Shown in pieces: positions 29,671 to 32,000 of a stretch of DNA of 32,000 bases. Position 1 is the stretch's first letter. Each line of letters opens with the position of its first letter. A model generated the notes under the pieces. The model did not search any database and was not told the DNA's origin. It was given only the letters and a program-made list of their open reading frames with translations. The stretch is from positions 900,001 to 932,000 of the forward strand of contig OY970322.1 of the NCBI GenBank assembly GCA_963716945.1, read 5' to 3'. The stretch is from Candidatus Saccharimonadota bacterium. GTDB lineage: Bacteria > Patescibacteriota > Saccharimonadia > Saccharimonadales > UBA4665. Position numbers and translations under genes: made by a program.

Positions 29671-31178
29671 ACTTGATTGACAATCTTCTGGACCGTATAA
29701 CCATGTACCGGCTGCTGCTGTATTACCTGCTGGTCCTGCTGGGCGCAGCGATGGTACTGGGCAAGCTGGGTTACCTGGGCTACGGCGCGAAATCAATCGC
29801 CGAGAGCACCGTCTACCTGCTTCTGGTCTGCTGGGTTACGAACCGGGTGTTCGCCTATGTTTTCGAAGCGCCGGCCAACCCGGAATCGCCGCTTATCACG
29901 GCCCTCATCCTGGCGCTGATTATCACGCCGCCGGCCTCAATTCAGGATTTCGTGTTCCTAAGCGCGGCCGGCGGCCTGGCTATCGCCTCCAAATACATCC
30001 TGGTCATCCGGCAGCAGCATATCTTCAACCCGGCGGCCATAGCCGTCACGCTAACGGCTTTCGGTGCCGGCCAGTCGGCCAGCTGGTGGGTCGGCAATAC
30101 CAAGCTGCTGCCGCTGGTCATAATCGGCGGCCTGCTGCTGGTCCGCAAGATCAGGCGCGGCCAAATGGTAGCGGTTTTTCTGGCGACGGCGCTGGCTATG
30201 ACCATGCTGCTGACAATTATTAACGGCAACGGCCTAGACGCGACCCTGCGCAACTTCACGCTGCATTCGTCGCTCTTTTTCCTGGCCTTCGTGATGCTGA
30301 CCGAACCGCTGACCTCGCCGACGAGGGCCAAGCAGCAGCGCTGGTACGGCGTGCTAGCCGGGGTCTTATTCCCGCCGCAAGTCCATCTGTTCAGCCTTTA
30401 TTCGACGCCTGAACTTACGTTGTCCGTCAGTAACGTGTTCTCTTACATAGTCAGCCCCAAGGTCAGGTTGCTGCCTAAGTTGACCCAACGGCTGGCGTGG
30501 GGAACGTCGATTAAGGATTTCGTGTTCCTGCCCGAGCGGAAATTTGACTACCTGCCCGGCCAATACATGGAATGGACGCTGCCGCATAAACGGGTCGATA
30601 GCCGCGGCAGTCGGCGTTATTTCACGCTGGCGTCTTCGCCGACCGAAGACACGCTGCGGATTGGCGTCAGGTTTTATGATAAGGGCAGCAGTTATAAGCG
30701 GGCCATGCTGTCGATGGACCGCGGCACGCCTATTGCCGCCGGGCAGGTCGGCGGCGATTTCACGCTGCCGGATGACCGCGGCCGCAAGCTGGTTTTCATC
30801 GCCGGCGGCATCGGCATTACGCCTTTCCGCAGCATGCTTAAGTACCTGGTCGATACTTCTGACAAACGGGACATCACACTGATCTACTCGGAGCGCGACC
30901 CGGCCGACCTGGCCTATCATGACGTTCTAAAAGCCGCCCAGCAGCAAGGCGTAAAAGTCGTCTACACCCTAACCGACAAAAACGCCCAGCCACTGGCCAA
31001 TATGCGCCTGGGCAAAATCACGCCGCAGATGATTGCCGAAGAAGTCCCCGATTATGAAGACCGCTTATTCTACATATCAGGCTCGCACAGCATGGTGAAA
31101 GCCATCGAAGCCGAGCTGCACTCGCTGAGCGTGGCCGAGCACAATATCAAGACCGACTTCTTCCCAGGCTACGCTTAA
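29667..31178 (+). CDS. Fusion of an RnfD/NqrB-like polytopic membrane domain with an FNR-type FAD/NAD(P)-binding oxidoreductase domain
   Basis: 503 aa. The membrane half ends in FVMLTEPLTSPT (compare the RnfD/NqrB DP.TSP signature). The C-terminal half has RRYFTLASSP (RxYS FAD motif) and FIAGGIGITPFRSM (NAD(P) motif). Confidence 0.7.
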   Translation: MNLIDNLLDRITMYRLLLYYLLVLLGAAMVLGKLGYLGYGAKSIAESTVYLLLVCWVTNRVFAYVFEAPANPESPLITALILALIITPPASIQDFVFLSAAGGLAIASKYILVIRQQHIFNPAAIAVTLTAFGAGQSASWWVGNTKLLPLVIIGGLLLVRKIRRGQMVAVFLATALAMTMLLTIINGNGLDATLRNFTLHSSLFFLAFVMLTEPLTSPTRAKQQRWYGVLAGVLFPPQVHLFSLYSTPELTLSVSNVFSYIVSPKVRLLPKLTQRLAWGTSIKDFVFLPERKFDYLPGQYMEWTLPHKRVDSRGSRRYFTLASSPTEDTLRIGVRFYDKGSSYKRAMLSMDRGTPIAAGQVGGDFTLPDDRGRKLVFIAGGIGITPFRSMLKYLVDTSDKRDITLIYSERDPADLAYHDVLKAAQQQGVKVVYTLTDKNAQPLANMRLGKITPQMIAEEVPDYEDRLFYISGSHSMVKAIEAELHSLSVAEHNIKTDFFPGYA

Positions 31179-31187
31179 GGATAAACT

Positions 31188-31994
31188 CTAGCGCCAGCCC
31201 GGCAGTATCAAGCCGCTCGGTAAACGCCGGCCGCCGTTATAGACATACGGCTCGCCCTCGCCATGTTCTCGGCTTCGCCGGTTGAGCGCCCTTCTCATGC
31301 CCCTCGGCACCCGGTGGGCGCCTTGCCAGCGCCTGATGTTATACGGGTTCCGCCGGTAGGCCTCGATGAAGGGCTCTTCGGCATCCAAACCCATAATCAG
31401 CCCTACTACCCTGACCTTTTTACCCGCCATCATCTCGGCCGTGCCTTTTTTGATTTCCGGTATCTCGCACTCGGTCTTGTCGTCATTCCATTTATGGGTA
31501 GCGCCGGATGGGGCGACACCTATGACCACATTGCCTTGCGCCAGCCATTCGGCGATTTCTTGCTTGATCTTGCCGTTATGCCGGCCCACATGGCCGTCGG
31601 GCAAGACTTCGGCTGCGGCAGAATTGCGGAAACTTTCGCTCTGCGGATAGCTGAAATAGATGCGGTCGCAAAGCCATTGCAGCACCTGCACGCAAGGCAT
31701 AAACTCATGGCCGACGCGGTATTTCAAGACCGATACCATTTTATTAATGATGATGCCCGTTTCGAAATCATTGCGTTCGTGCTTTTCCCGGCGTAACGGA
31801 TTAGTTACGGCACCCAGACCCAGGGCCGGATCAATCAAATTATCATGGGTGGTTGCCACGTAATAGCTTTTGCCGCCTTCAAGATCTTTCCTGACGAAGC
31901 GGCGGCGCCTATCGGTCATCACGGCGTCTGATTGCTCGACAAAGCTCGACACGGCCGTGCCCCCAAGACCCTCCATGACGGTATTGCCTATCAA
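31188..31994 (-). CDS. Possible acyltransferase-family (HX4D) protein; N-terminus may lie beyond the window
   Basis: 268-aa ORF reaching to within 6 nt of the right edge. ATTHDNLID fits HX4D and GVAPSGATHK could be the block III equivalent. Otherwise unrecognised. Confidence 0.4.
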   Translation of the reverse strand: MIGNTVMEGLGGTAVSSFVEQSDAVMTDRRRRFVRKDLEGGKSYYVATTHDNLIDPALGLGAVTNPLRREKHERNDFETGIIINKMVSVLKYRVGHEFMPCVQVLQWLCDRIYFSYPQSESFRNSAAAEVLPDGHVGRHNGKIKQEIAEWLAQGNVVIGVAPSGATHKWNDDKTECEIPEIKKGTAEMMAGKKVRVVGLIMGLDAEEPFIEAYRRNPYNIRRWQGAHRVPRGMRRALNRRSREHGEGEPYVYNGGRRLPSGLILPGWR

Positions 31995-32000
31995 GTCCAG

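Noticed and set aside
1-32000. CRISPR arrays, tRNA/rRNA genes, riboswitch-sized leaders, IS elements
   Set aside because: Intergenic regions are all 200 bp or shorter. None shows spaced direct repeats, tRNA-like T-arm (GTTCGAATC-type) sequences, terminal inverted repeats or transposase ORFs.

Overview
GC-rich, densely coding bacterial chromosomal window: about 41 protein-coding genes on both strands, short AT-rich intergenic islands and many 1-8 nt start/stop overlaps. I saw no rRNA, tRNA, CRISPR array, transposase, integrase, reverse transcriptase or phage structural backbone. The backbone is transport and small-molecule metabolism. It includes a MarR / isochorismatase-fold / DHA2-MFS operon, two ABC-2 exporter pairs, a second MFS, a CaCA antiporter and a SemiSWEET-like protein. 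It also includes two VOC-fold proteins, two HX4D acyltransferases, polyprenyl synthase, a fold-type-II PLP enzyme, NAD(P)HX dehydratase and a Mycobacterium-type inositol-3-phosphate synthase. Three things stand out. (1) An accessory cell-surface island lies at about 4.4-11.4 kb. On the minus strand it has three secreted Thr/Ser-rich paralogues and a two-domain C-terminally anchored protein, possibly with a tiny TM protein. This gene content mirrors WxL/csc surface-complex loci but has Tyr in place of the diagnostic Trp. Divergent from it sits an orphan trio of phage-tail-fibre-like genes, including two tandem mosaic paralogues with the Mtd/HylP-type N-terminal module. Two unknown exported proteins follow. 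(2) A 624-aa fusion of an XRE HTH, an unrecognised ~260-aa middle domain and a glycine/sarcosine-N-methyltransferase-like domain sits behind a near-consensus promoter bracketed by two GTTGA-N6-TCAAC palindromes. (3) A translationally coupled flavinylation module combines an FMN-binding protein carrying an SGAT motif, a signal-less ApbE and an RnfD/NqrB-like membrane domain fused to an FNR-type reductase. Lineage cannot be assigned from sequence alone. The content mixes actinobacterial-flavoured genes (TIGR03086-like, Ino1, GAP/Sap-like, several apparently leaderless starts) with a Firmicutes-type surface locus. All family calls come from motif recognition by eye; no searches were run.
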